A stretch of DNA of 14,816 nt from a virus (lineage: Duplodnaviria; Heunggongvirae; Uroviricota; Caudoviricetes). Position numbers and translations under genes: made by a program. The stretch lies in IMG/VR virus record IMGVR_UViG_2548876941_000006; one strand, written 5' to 3'. Position 1 is the first letter of the stretch, and each line of letters begins with the position of its first letter. The notes below the pieces were generated by a model. It ran no database searches. It was not told where the DNA came from and saw only the letters and a list, made by a program, of their open reading frames with translations. Shown in pieces: positions 7,120-14,748 of the stretch.

Positions 7120-7562
7120 TTACTTAAGACCTCATCAATAGCCTGATTCATTCGCTGTATGGCAACCTGCACCGCCAGCTCCTCTGTCGTATCGAAAGCC
7201 GGGCGAATGAACGGATGCGCGGGCATGTTTATCGTTCCCAGCTCCACAAAGCGCCAGTAAAACGCATTTCGGGGATCGCTGGCTTTCATGCTGTTATCAC
7301 TGTTTCCGGTTCGCAGGTTCCGTCCGCGAATGTGGACACCCGAGATAATTTCTCCCCGACGCTTTGAACGCTGCGTGAGAACAACCACATTTTTCTTCAG
7401 TTTCCCGGTTCGCTCCGGCGCACGTTCAACAACTGCATCCCGCATAACTTCAGCACCGGCACGGGTGGCATCGCGCAGAACCTTATTGTTTTCTGCCCTG
7501 CTGAGCGTCTCCAGATCCCGTGCAATATCCGCCAGGCCGGAAAAATCAAGACTGAAATCCAT
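7116..7562 (-). CDS. HK97 gp10-family head-tail joining / tail component protein
   Basis: ATG at 7560-7562 overlaps the upstream stop by 1 nt (TGATG); the ORF-track start at 7565 is a GTG. The protein contains the ELGT...MPAHPFIRPA motif typical of the HK97 gp10 family as I recall it. Confidence 0.8.
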   Translation of the reverse strand: MDFSLDFSGLADIARDLETLSRAENNKVLRDATRAGAEVMRDAVVERAPERTGKLKKNVVVLTQRSKRRGEIISGVHIRGRNLRTGNSDNSMKASDPRNAFYWRFVELGTINMPAHPFIRPAFDTTEELAVQVAIQRMNQAIDEVLSK

Positions 7563-7900
7563 CACACATTCCCCTTCAGGCTGCAGAGTATTTCAAGCCG
7601 GGTAGCGCGTGCATCCGGTATTGGTGGACCTTCTATACCCAGAATGGCCCCTTTAAATGCACCGGTCAGCACTTTCAGACATGAAGTTGCTGTCACATCG
7701 CGCCGGAATCTCATCCAGACTCTGACCGTAGCCTGAGCGGTTTCTGCTCCGCCTGAGATTATCTCCCTCCCGCTGATACCCTTAACTTCTGCCCATACGG
7801 TAGCTCCCTCCGTCACCGTCTCCACCGGATGCCCTGACGGAGAGCGGGCGGTGGTGACATTCAGAATAATTACGCGATCACGTAATCTGCCCGCCTGCAT
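7562..7900 (-). CDS. Head closure / head-tail adaptor protein (HK97 gp7-like)
   Basis: 112-aa ORF, MQAGRLRDRVIILNVTT..., preceded by GGTGGAGG. Size, position after the connector gene and the N-terminal M.aGrLr.Rv pattern fit the head-tail joining family. Confidence 0.8.
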   Translation of the reverse strand: MQAGRLRDRVIILNVTTARSPSGHPVETVTEGATVWAEVKGISGREIISGGAETAQATVRVWMRFRRDVTATSCLKVLTGAFKGAILGIEGPPIPDARATRLEILCSLKGNV

Positions 7901-7908
7901 GCCTCCAC

Positions 7909-8226
7909 CTACAAAGGAATAAAACGATAAGGCTCCAGCAGAGAAGAAAAACCAAACGGGACTGGTGCCTTGCTGACATCTGAGGAATTTTCCCGGTTTT
8001 CGTACCAGTGCCCGACCAGCAACATGAGCGCCAGCAAAACATCATCAGCTATAAGCACCCCTTCAGGATCACCTTCCGGCACCGTCTCCTCATAAAGCTT
8101 ACGGTTGATAAAATTTTCTGCCTTGCGGCAGGCAGCCCGGAAATACAGCATCAGTAACTCATCATCAGTTGCATCATCTGTATCAATACGGCACTGCGCC
8201 CTGAGTTTTTCCACTATTGCTGCCAT
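7909..8226 (-). CDS. Head-tail connector protein (HK97 gp6-like)
   Basis: Start placed at ATG 8224-8226 (MAAIVEKLRAQCRIDTDDATDDELLMLYFRAACRKAENFI...) with CAGGAG upstream. The ORF-track extension to 8406 overlaps the capsid gene and two hairpins and is rejected. It is the first gene after the major capsid gene, as in HK97-like head modules. Confidence 0.8.
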   Translation of the reverse strand: MAAIVEKLRAQCRIDTDDATDDELLMLYFRAACRKAENFINRKLYEETVPEGDPEGVLIADDVLLALMLLVGHWYENRENSSDVSKAPVPFGFSSLLEPYRFIPL

Positions 8227-8257
8227 CAGAAACTCCTGCCCGCAACACTGTGCGGGC

Positions 8258-8282
8258 ATAAAAAAACCGCGTCGGCGCGGTC
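8258..8282 (-). terminator. Intrinsic terminator-like hairpin plus T-run immediately downstream of the major capsid gene
   Basis: Plus strand reads tAAAAAAACCGCGTCGGCGCGGTc. On the minus strand this is stem ACCGCG/CGCGGT with a 4-nt loop followed by T7-8. A second hairpin, GCCCGCacagtgttGCGGGC, lies at about 8237-8256. Confidence 0.65.
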
Positions 8283-8302
8283 TGTAACTGAACAACGAGT
8301 GG

Positions 8303-9520
8303 TTATTTGCCAGTGAGCGCCTTGATGGCTGCCACATCTTCCAGCACACAGTCAAAACGATGGAAAGCCAGAAATGCCACCTGATCAAACTCAGCATAAC
8401 GCTCAACCAGACGTTTCAGTTCCATATAAGTAACGCGGCGAATGATAAAGCGGTTGAAATCCCCCAGGAAAATGAATTTTTTTCCGGTACCAATCCCGTC
8501 AATAGCCTGATCAATAACATAAGGGATCCCCAGCACAGTAGCCGGCGTACCGCCTGCAATATCCGGCAGCCATAACGGGCGTTTCTGTCCATCCTCCATC
8601 TCTTCAATAGTCTGCAATGTGGCATCATTGAATGCCCAGCGGTATTTCGGCCCACCACGATATGCCGGATCAATGGCATGTTTCAGGGCATTCATTTCTT
8701 TCCAGGTGAAAGCGGCAGAGGCTGCAGTCTGGATGGTTCCCGTCACCGACGCTGCCAGCCCTTTTGGCTGTAACGGTGATCCCGTTCCGGTCCCCTGAAC
8801 CAGATATTTTGCCTCTCCACGACCAATACGCTGGGCAATACGGTTTGCCAGATAAGATTCAATATCCACCCCACTATCCTGGAGCAGCTCATTGGACACA
8901 CGAATTATTTTTGATGACAGCTTTTTAGCCCCCAGAATAGCGGTCCCGAACGTCACATCTTGTTCCGTTGCGGCTGTATTTTCCGCCAGCAGTTCGCCCT
9001 CTTCAGTCGTGCCATCAGACGTTGACCAGGTGATATCCTGCCCGGTTGATGTGGTCAGAAGTTGCGCCACACTGGCAATCCCGCCATAAGCCTTCATGGT
9101 GTCAATGATTTTGTTACGCATCTGCGTGGGCACCGTATATCCGCCCTGAGAATCCGTTGTTACACTCTGAGCCCGCAGTTCACGCATCAGATTACGCTCT
9201 TCAGCATTCAGTTCTGCAAATCCGGCACGCAGAAAACGGTTAAATGCCGCAGCGCGCTTCTCTTCCACCGCCTTTTTCCCGTTCTCCGCCTCATTATTCT
9301 GGCGCTCTTCCGGCCCGGACTCATCCACATATGCCTGATCCTGACGGCGCAACTCTTCTTCACGGGCGATTTGCTCATCCAGCGCATCCAGCTCAGCTTT
9401 CGCCCTGTTCCACTCTGCCCGTTGCTCATCAGTCCATGCGTTATCACCAATTTTTTCATGCAGTGCACGCATATCCTTTGCAATGGTGTTTCGTTTTTGC
9501 TTCATCTCATGAAGTTTCAT
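8303..9520 (-). CDS. Major capsid protein, HK97 fold, with N-terminal scaffolding (delta) domain
   Basis: 405-aa ORF directly downstream of the prohead protease gene with no separate scaffold gene. The N-terminal roughly 100 aa is charged and helical (MKLHEMKQKRNTIAKDMRALHEKIGDNAWTDEQRAEWNRAKAELDALDEQIAREEELRRQ), as expected for a delta domain. The remainder has size and order consistent with an HK97-type capsid protein. Confidence 0.9.
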   Translation of the reverse strand: MKLHEMKQKRNTIAKDMRALHEKIGDNAWTDEQRAEWNRAKAELDALDEQIAREEELRRQDQAYVDESGPEERQNNEAENGKKAVEEKRAAAFNRFLRAGFAELNAEERNLMRELRAQSVTTDSQGGYTVPTQMRNKIIDTMKAYGGIASVAQLLTTSTGQDITWSTSDGTTEEGELLAENTAATEQDVTFGTAILGAKKLSSKIIRVSNELLQDSGVDIESYLANRIAQRIGRGEAKYLVQGTGTGSPLQPKGLAASVTGTIQTAASAAFTWKEMNALKHAIDPAYRGGPKYRWAFNDATLQTIEEMEDGQKRPLWLPDIAGGTPATVLGIPYVIDQAIDGIGTGKKFIFLGDFNRFIIRRVTYMELKRLVERYAEFDQVAFLAFHRFDCVLEDVAAIKALTGK

Positions 9521-9534
9521 CGTCAGTAGTATCC

Positions 9535-10134
9535 TTATGCATTAAGAAGGGTCAAAAGACGCTCACGCGCCATTCGTTCGTTAACAGCTTTCTTCAGCGC
9601 ACCACTCGCCCGCGCTTCCTGCCAGGCTTTCATTGAGCGGACACCAGAGTCTGCGTCCTGATAGGCCGGATATGTCACCGGGCTGACGTCATACAGACGA
9701 GAAATGCGCGTGATTTCCCGGATAACAATCCCCTCGTCGTCTTCATACCAGCTCTCTCCATCACGGGCGACGCGAAACGCGAACGAGGACTGATTAATGT
9801 CACCACGCAACATTGGTGACAGCACCAGGTCACAAATCGTCGGCGTATCCGGTGCAACAATGTCATAACGCAAACCACGTTCATCCACTGATAATGACAA
9901 CTTGCCGGCAGAACTTCGTCCGAGAATGAAATTAGGATCATGATTAAACAAGCCACGTACATCATCATTCAGCACGTCGTCAAAAGCCCCCGGCTTGATG
10001 ATTTCACGAAATCCCCACAGAGGTTCTGAACGACTGTTAAATACCGAGCCATACCCCAAAATATGAGTCGGGGCATTATCATATTGTTCTGCCCGCACTT
10101 CCCCGCAGTAACAGCGCGTTTCACGGTCATTCAT
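9535..10134 (-). CDS. Prohead maturation protease (HK97 gp4 family)
   Basis: Start placed at ATG 10132-10134 (MNDRETRCYCGEV...), overlapping the portal stop by 8 nt. It lies between the portal and capsid genes, and size and sequence are consistent with the HK97 prohead protease family. Confidence 0.85.
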   Translation of the reverse strand: MNDRETRCYCGEVRAEQYDNAPTHILGYGSVFNSRSEPLWGFREIIKPGAFDDVLNDDVRGLFNHDPNFILGRSSAGKLSLSVDERGLRYDIVAPDTPTICDLVLSPMLRGDINQSSFAFRVARDGESWYEDDEGIVIREITRISRLYDVSPVTYPAYQDADSGVRSMKAWQEARASGALKKAVNERMARERLLTLLNA

Positions 10135-11353
10135 CGTTCTTTTCCTCTTTGCCTTTCGTATCTTTAAAATCATTCAACGGATTTGCTGCATTTACGCTGA
10201 CCAGCATTTCATCCAGACCATCAACCGGGTTCATGTCCTCAAATGCCCTGGCTTCATTCCGGCTCATCCAGCCATCTGTAATGGCAAAGTGATAAAACTG
10301 CGCACGCTCCTGTGGAGTCCCGCGGAGCAATCCTGTAAGGTTGAAACGAACGTAATACCCGGCAGCCCGTTCTGTGCGGGTAAACAGGCGACGGTTAAGC
10401 TCCTGCTCCCAGTTCGCAACCCAGGGCATCATCGTGTAGCGAACAAACTGAATCGCCTGCTGTGTAATATTCGAAAATGTGGCTTTTTCCAGGTCATTAA
10501 TCATGTGCGCCGGGACATTAAAAATTCCGGCAATCATCGACCGGTTCAGCTTGGTCATATCAATGATCTGAGCATCCACCGGAGAAACTGTCAGGGCACG
10601 GTAATCCAGTTGCGCAGGCAGCAGCATGGTTTTATTTTCCTGACTGCGAAGCGCTGTCACCGCCCGCTGCCACATATTCTTGAGCCTGCTCCAACTCTGT
10701 TCGTTCAGTTCATTTTTCACAGAGATAATCCCGGCAGGACGGGCATTACCGTTAAAAAAAGCACTGGTATACTGCTGACCACTCATTCCCATACCAATGG
10801 TTTCAGCATGCTGCATGATCGGACTCAGTCCCATTTTCTGATTGTTTCCCAGCGCCCTGATATGGATCATATCGTCCGGACTTACCGCAAATGCCCCCTC
10901 TTCGTTATACACCCCGTAGGTATGACGCCCACCAGTATTAAGTAACGTGGTTTCCCATGGCATACAGCATTCAAGACTGGTAACCTCGCCACGACGATTA
11001 CGTTTTACCCACGTATAACCATTGCCCCACCCCAGCACATGACGCTGCTTCAGTTCCCGCCACTTATAGCTGGTCTGCCAGGCATTAGGTTCATCATGAA
11101 CGAGCCAGAACAACGGATGATCGCGTGCCGGCTGAACATGCTCATTCGTTTTTCGCATCACATGCAGGGGCATCTGAGCCACACTGGATGAAATAACATA
11201 AATACAGGCATAGACAGCAGCCAGCTTCATGGATGTTTCCGGACTGACATACACATCCCGGGCAAAAATATTATCCGTCTCAGCGGCCTCTCCGGTTACC
11301 GGAACCGAGGGATTTTCCAGAGGCTCACTGCGAAACAGAGCATCAAGAAGCAT
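10127..11353 (-). CDS. Portal protein (HK97 family)
   Basis: 408-aa ORF with GAGGAGAAAAC immediately before the ATG. Position directly downstream of the large terminase gene and size are typical of HK97-family portals. Confidence 0.9.
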   Translation of the reverse strand: MLLDALFRSEPLENPSVPVTGEAAETDNIFARDVYVSPETSMKLAAVYACIYVISSSVAQMPLHVMRKTNEHVQPARDHPLFWLVHDEPNAWQTSYKWRELKQRHVLGWGNGYTWVKRNRRGEVTSLECCMPWETTLLNTGGRHTYGVYNEEGAFAVSPDDMIHIRALGNNQKMGLSPIMQHAETIGMGMSGQQYTSAFFNGNARPAGIISVKNELNEQSWSRLKNMWQRAVTALRSQENKTMLLPAQLDYRALTVSPVDAQIIDMTKLNRSMIAGIFNVPAHMINDLEKATFSNITQQAIQFVRYTMMPWVANWEQELNRRLFTRTERAAGYYVRFNLTGLLRGTPQERAQFYHFAITDGWMSRNEARAFEDMNPVDGLDEMLVSVNAANPLNDFKDTKGKEEKNDE

Positions 11354-11483
11354 GTTTTCTCCTCATGGACACCACCAGTGCATAAAGCAGCAACAAACAG
11401 CCAGACAGCATCAGAGACGCTGGCAGACCTGCATAAAGATAAACGCCAGCAGTGAGCAAACCGAAACCGATCAGCCCGGTCAT
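11343..11483 (-). CDS. Hypothetical small hydrophobic protein (46 aa) between large terminase and portal genes
   Basis: Read by hand; below the ORF-track length cutoff. ATG (plus 11481-11483) to TGA (plus 11343-11345): MTGLIGFGLLTAGVYLYAGLPASLMLSGCLLLLYALVVSMRRKHAS. It fills an otherwise unexplained gap of about 145 nt in a tightly packed operon, and its 3' end overlaps the portal start. No obvious Shine-Dalgarno sequence, so this is speculative. Confidence 0.35.
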   Translation of the reverse strand: MTGLIGFGLLTAGVYLYAGLPASLMLSGCLLLLYALVVSMRRKHAS

Positions 11484-11500
11484 ATCAGTAATAAGCTGTT

Positions 11501-13258
11501 TCACAGAATTAACAGGTCCTCATCAGGATCAAGCGTGGACAGAAAGTCATTCACGCCCCCACCATTTACCAGAAAGCGGCTCATGGCTGTAAAAAGCGCA
11601 ACAGGGCCGTCGATTTTGGCTTCCGGCGTGGATTTATTCGGGAAGATATTGTCGTTTTTGTCCGGTTTTACTGTAACGTTAGACATCATCCAGTTCATGA
11701 CCGGATGATTGCTGTGATGGAAACGCCCGGCATAGACCAGTGATTCCGTTTCCTTCATGGCCTCTGACAGATTGCGGACCGTCTGCGGAACCTCCACCAG
11801 CGGTATCCCTTCTTCAGCCAGTGCCAGGCTGAACTGCATTGCGCTCCACGGGTCAAATCCCAGTTCCCTGAGGTTTTCACCGCCAATCCATTCCAGTAAG
11901 TCACTTTTTATCTGAGCATGATCGATAACATCACCATCCGTCAGGATGAGCTTATCCATCTCCGCCCACTTCCGGTAAAGTTCTGCCTGCTGCCGTGAAC
12001 ACCGTTCCAGTCGCCCTTCCGGAAGCCAGAATTTAAAATCAGCATGAACATGCCCGTTATCCGTTCGCCAGAGTTTTGCCGCCGCACAGATATCAATCTT
12101 ATGAGCAAGGTCGACGCCGACCCACATGGGATACGTTTTCAGCTCATGCTGTGGGGCAATATATTCGCACTTCTCCCACTTAATCATATCCATCCAGGCA
12201 GATTCGGCAGTGACCCACACATTCATGTGTTTGGTAAAAAAATTCACCCGCGCAGAGACCTGCTCCTTCGCTTTTTTCGCCAGACGACGCAGATCATCCC
12301 AGCGTTTACAGATGCCCAGGCCAGGATTCGCTTTCTGCCAGACCGTTTCATCAAACGGATCATCTCCCTCATCGAGCGTGTAAATGATCGCAAAGTAGGA
12401 GTCGTCTTTTACCGCGCCCTCCACGTCGCTGTTATAGCCTCGCAATACCTTAATGGCGTAATCGCGCTGCTCGTAACAAATCCCTTCCTTGTTAAAGCCA
12501 GCCGTGGTGATGCCAAATAACAGGGACTGCAGACGGGCACCGGTTGCCGTCTCCAGAACGTCCCACACGTCGCGGGTTTTATGTGCATGCAGCTCATCAA
12601 TAATGGCGCAGTGGATGTTCAGACCGTCCAGGTTGTTTGCATCCGAGGAAAGCGGTTCAAATTTTGATGCGCTCTGCTCCTGGTAAATCGCCAGCTTGTT
12701 GAAATCAAACAACCGCCCGAGTGTCGACCGGGCTTTTCTGACCATATTTTTGGCGTCTTCAAACACGATTCTGGCCTGGTCACGCGTGGTTGCGGCTGAA
12801 TACACCTCAGCACCGCCTTCACCATCTGCCCCCGTCATATACAGGCCGATACCCGATGACAGGGTTGATTTTGCGTTTTTACGGGCGACTTCGTTGTACG
12901 CCGTCCGGAACCGGCGCACCATCACCGGGCGTCCGCTGCCATCGCTGCGCATGACAACTTCCCCGGTCTCTTCATTGACCAGCGGAATGACAAAACCAAA
13001 AATATTAATGAGGATAAATACATGCCAGTCCATCAACTCAATGGGCTGGCCTGCCAGCGCCCCTTTCACATGGGGCACAAATTTGTAGAAATTCAGGATG
13101 TGCTGCGCACGGGGTTCACTGAAATAAATCCCCCGCTCTTCGCCGTACTTCAGATCATCAAGAAAACGCTGGCAGGCCAGACGGACAAATTCGCCAGCAA
13201 CAATTTCTCCTGCAACAACACGTTCGGCGTAGCGGATCCCGTCAGCCACTTTTGCCAT
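11501..13258 (-). CDS. Terminase large subunit
   Basis: 585-aa ORF whose ATG overlaps the small terminase stop (ATGA). Size and position between the small terminase and portal genes fit; N-terminal ATPase and C-terminal nuclease regions are expected but motifs were not formally searched. Confidence 0.9.
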   Translation of the reverse strand: MAKVADGIRYAERVVAGEIVAGEFVRLACQRFLDDLKYGEERGIYFSEPRAQHILNFYKFVPHVKGALAGQPIELMDWHVFILINIFGFVIPLVNEETGEVVMRSDGSGRPVMVRRFRTAYNEVARKNAKSTLSSGIGLYMTGADGEGGAEVYSAATTRDQARIVFEDAKNMVRKARSTLGRLFDFNKLAIYQEQSASKFEPLSSDANNLDGLNIHCAIIDELHAHKTRDVWDVLETATGARLQSLLFGITTAGFNKEGICYEQRDYAIKVLRGYNSDVEGAVKDDSYFAIIYTLDEGDDPFDETVWQKANPGLGICKRWDDLRRLAKKAKEQVSARVNFFTKHMNVWVTAESAWMDMIKWEKCEYIAPQHELKTYPMWVGVDLAHKIDICAAAKLWRTDNGHVHADFKFWLPEGRLERCSRQQAELYRKWAEMDKLILTDGDVIDHAQIKSDLLEWIGGENLRELGFDPWSAMQFSLALAEEGIPLVEVPQTVRNLSEAMKETESLVYAGRFHHSNHPVMNWMMSNVTVKPDKNDNIFPNKSTPEAKIDGPVALFTAMSRFLVNGGGVNDFLSTLDPDEDLLIL

Positions 13259-13740
13259 CAGTCTCTCGCTTTTAAAAGCTCCGCCAGCGGATCAACATCA
13301 TCCGGTCCGGCGGTATTTACTTTAGCCCGGCTTGCCGGTGACATACCAAACTCTGCAAGCATCGCCCGGATCCGCTTCCAGACATCCGCCTTCATCGCAG
13401 CAGCCGGGTGTGCCTTAATCAGCACATCACCGTTCTGCGTTTCCGTGCGGTAGGTATAACCCTCAGCATCAAGTGTTTCGCAGTGATGCCGGTATTCGGT
13501 GTAGGCTTCCACCAGTAACTCGAGTGCACGCGCATCAAGCTGAGAAATGATCCCTTCCGCATTCAGTTCTTCCGCCGTTCGCCTGAACCAGTACTTCCCC
13601 TGCGCCCCTAAATGTTGCGGAATTTTAGGGAGACCTTTTTCATCCTTTTTAGCGTTTTTTTTGGGGTCTTTAACGGGGCGCTTTGAGGGGTTGCCTCGTA
13701 TCAAATGCAGGCGTGGCGGGGTTTTCGGGGGTCCGGACAT
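13258..13740 (-). CDS. Terminase small subunit (P27-family-like)
   Basis: 160-aa ORF with a basic N-terminus (MSGPPKTPPRLHLIRGNPSKRPVKDPKKNAKKDEKG), immediately upstream of and translationally coupled to the large terminase gene. This type is commonly paired with an adjacent HNH endonuclease. Confidence 0.85.
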   Translation of the reverse strand: MSGPPKTPPRLHLIRGNPSKRPVKDPKKNAKKDEKGLPKIPQHLGAQGKYWFRRTAEELNAEGIISQLDARALELLVEAYTEYRHHCETLDAEGYTYRTETQNGDVLIKAHPAAAMKADVWKRIRAMLAEFGMSPASRAKVNTAGPDDVDPLAELLKARD

Positions 13741-13887
13741 AATCGGTTTTACCTATCAATCATTTAATCACATTCCAAAAAAAAGTTTTCGAACCTGCGG
13801 CGATGCGAGGAAAGGTCAGGCGGCGGTCCTGAGCAGCCTGGGTTGCAGAGATTTGACCCGCCCCTCCCCTGCAGATGGGAACTGTTA
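13741..13887 (-). other. Candidate cos (cohesive end / packaging initiation) region between the HNH and small terminase genes
   Basis: 147-bp non-coding gap exactly where HK97-like genomes place cos. It contains a GC-rich element TCAGGCGGCGGTCCTGA (13816-13832) with inverted 5-bp arms (TCAGG/CCTGA) around an asymmetric core, plus an A8GT4 tract (about 13777-13790). Functional assignment is inferred from position. Confidence 0.35.
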
Positions 13888-14238
13888 TCAATTGATGCGT
13901 TCGCGCGCTGTTTTTGCTTTATGGCAGGGCCAGCACAGACTCTGCAGGTTACTGTCTGCATCCGTGCCACCATGAGCTTTCGGAATGATGTGGTCCACCG
14001 TTCTGGCTTCAACGGCTCTCCCATTGCGCAGGCAGTTCTGACACAGATGATTATCACGCTTCAGTATGCGCGCACGTATGGCATCCCATTTCGAGCCATA
14101 GCCACGCTGGTGGCGACTCAGTCCGCGTTGATGCTGTACCCATCCTTCGCCACGATGTTTATCGCAGTAACCAGAACTGTCTGTTGTTGTGCCTGCACAT
14201 CCACGCTTACGGCAGGCGCGTGGGATTAGTGATGGCAT
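13888..14238 (-). CDS. HNH endonuclease (packaging-associated)
   Basis: 116-aa ORF preceded by GAGGT. It contains paired cysteine motifs (CRKRGC...CDKH and CQNC...CWPCH) and a DHIIPKAHGGTDADSNLQSLC core typical of HNH nucleases. It lies directly upstream of the terminase genes. Confidence 0.85.
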   Translation of the reverse strand: MPSLIPRACRKRGCAGTTTDSSGYCDKHRGEGWVQHQRGLSRHQRGYGSKWDAIRARILKRDNHLCQNCLRNGRAVEARTVDHIIPKAHGGTDADSNLQSLCWPCHKAKTARERIN

Positions 14239-14280
14239 AAATACCTCATACCCTGCGAAATGTTTACCACGATAAAAAGG

Positions 14281-14748
14281 CTACTTAATGCACTGAGTGC
14301 GGATATACTCCTGTGCCCCTTCCAGTTGCATCTGCATCGTCATCAGCCGCTCTCTGAGGGTGAAATAATCCCGTTCAGCGGTGTCTTCCAGTCGGGGGCT
14401 GGTTGCATTATCCACGCGGGTGGGTCCGGTGGCTTCACGCACGGCTGCGGAGCAACTGGCATTGACCCGCAGGCGCTTACGACCAGCGGCAACATCAGCG
14501 CGCAGAGTTTCATTTTCAGCTTTCGCATTGGCTAATTCTCTCGAGTACTTTGCATCGAGCACAGCAACATCACGCTGACGCTGCTGCATGTCAGCGATGG
14601 TGGCGTTCGCCAGCTTCAACTCTCTGGCGTTTTTGTCACGCTGCTCTTTGTAGGAGATGGCGTTATCACGGTAATGATTAACAGCCAACAACAGGCAGGC
14701 GATGATGCAGATAACCAGTGTGGAGATAATCGCGGTAACTCTGCTCAT
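14281..14748 (-). CDS. Rz: Rz i-spanin (inner membrane spanin subunit)
   Basis: Start placed at ATG 14746-14748 ([55 protein letters not shown]...), which overlaps the stop of the upstream endolysin frame (ATGA). N-terminal TM helix followed by a coiled-coil periplasmic domain. Very similar to lambda Rz as recalled. Confidence 0.9.
   Translation of the reverse strand: MSRVTAIISTLVICIIACLLLAVNHYRDNAISYKEQRDKNARELKLANATIADMQQRQRDVAVLDAKYSRELANAKAENETLRADVAAGRKRLRVNASCSAAVREATGPTRVDNATSPRLEDTAERDYFTLRERLMTMQMQLEGAQEYIRTQCIK
14343..14528 (-). CDS. Rz1: Rz1 o-spanin lipoprotein, embedded in the +1 frame of Rz
   Basis: 61-aa ORF entirely inside Rz: [61 protein letters not shown]. It has a lipobox (LVVSAC) and a proline-rich mature region, and resembles lambda Rz1. 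Confidence 0.85.
   Translation of the reverse strand: MRKLKMKLCALMLPLVVSACGSMPVAPQPCVKPPDPPAWIMQPAPDWKTPLNGIISPSESG

Noticed and set aside
7909-8406. Long form of the connector ORF (165 aa) overlapping the 3' end of the capsid gene
   Set aside because: The extension runs through the post-capsid terminator hairpins and overlaps the capsid gene by about 100 nt. The internal ATG at 8226 has a CAGGAG site and gives a protein of typical gp6-like size.
9675-9968. Nested minus-strand ORF (97 aa) inside the protease gene in another frame
   Set aside because: Cys/Met-rich low-complexity translation with no ribosome-binding site; fully overlapped by the well-supported protease frame.
10289-11708. Plus-strand ORFs 10289..10945 (218 aa) and 11229..11708 (159 aa)
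   Set aside because: Antisense shadows of the portal and large terminase genes. Their translations are low-complexity and Arg/Ser/His-rich, and they break the single-strand operon logic.
13816-13832. Direct identification of the GGCGGCG-containing element as lambda cosN
   Set aside because: Only partial resemblance to lambda GGGCGGCGACCT, and HK97-type cos ends differ from lambda's. Kept only as a candidate cos region, not assigned as lambda cosN.
12044-14229. Plus-strand ORFs over the terminase/HNH region (for example 12044..12520, 13022..13453, 13547..13975, 13843..14229)
   Set aside because: All overlap well-supported minus-strand genes (large and small terminase, HNH) on the opposite strand, with no ribosome-binding site or motif support.
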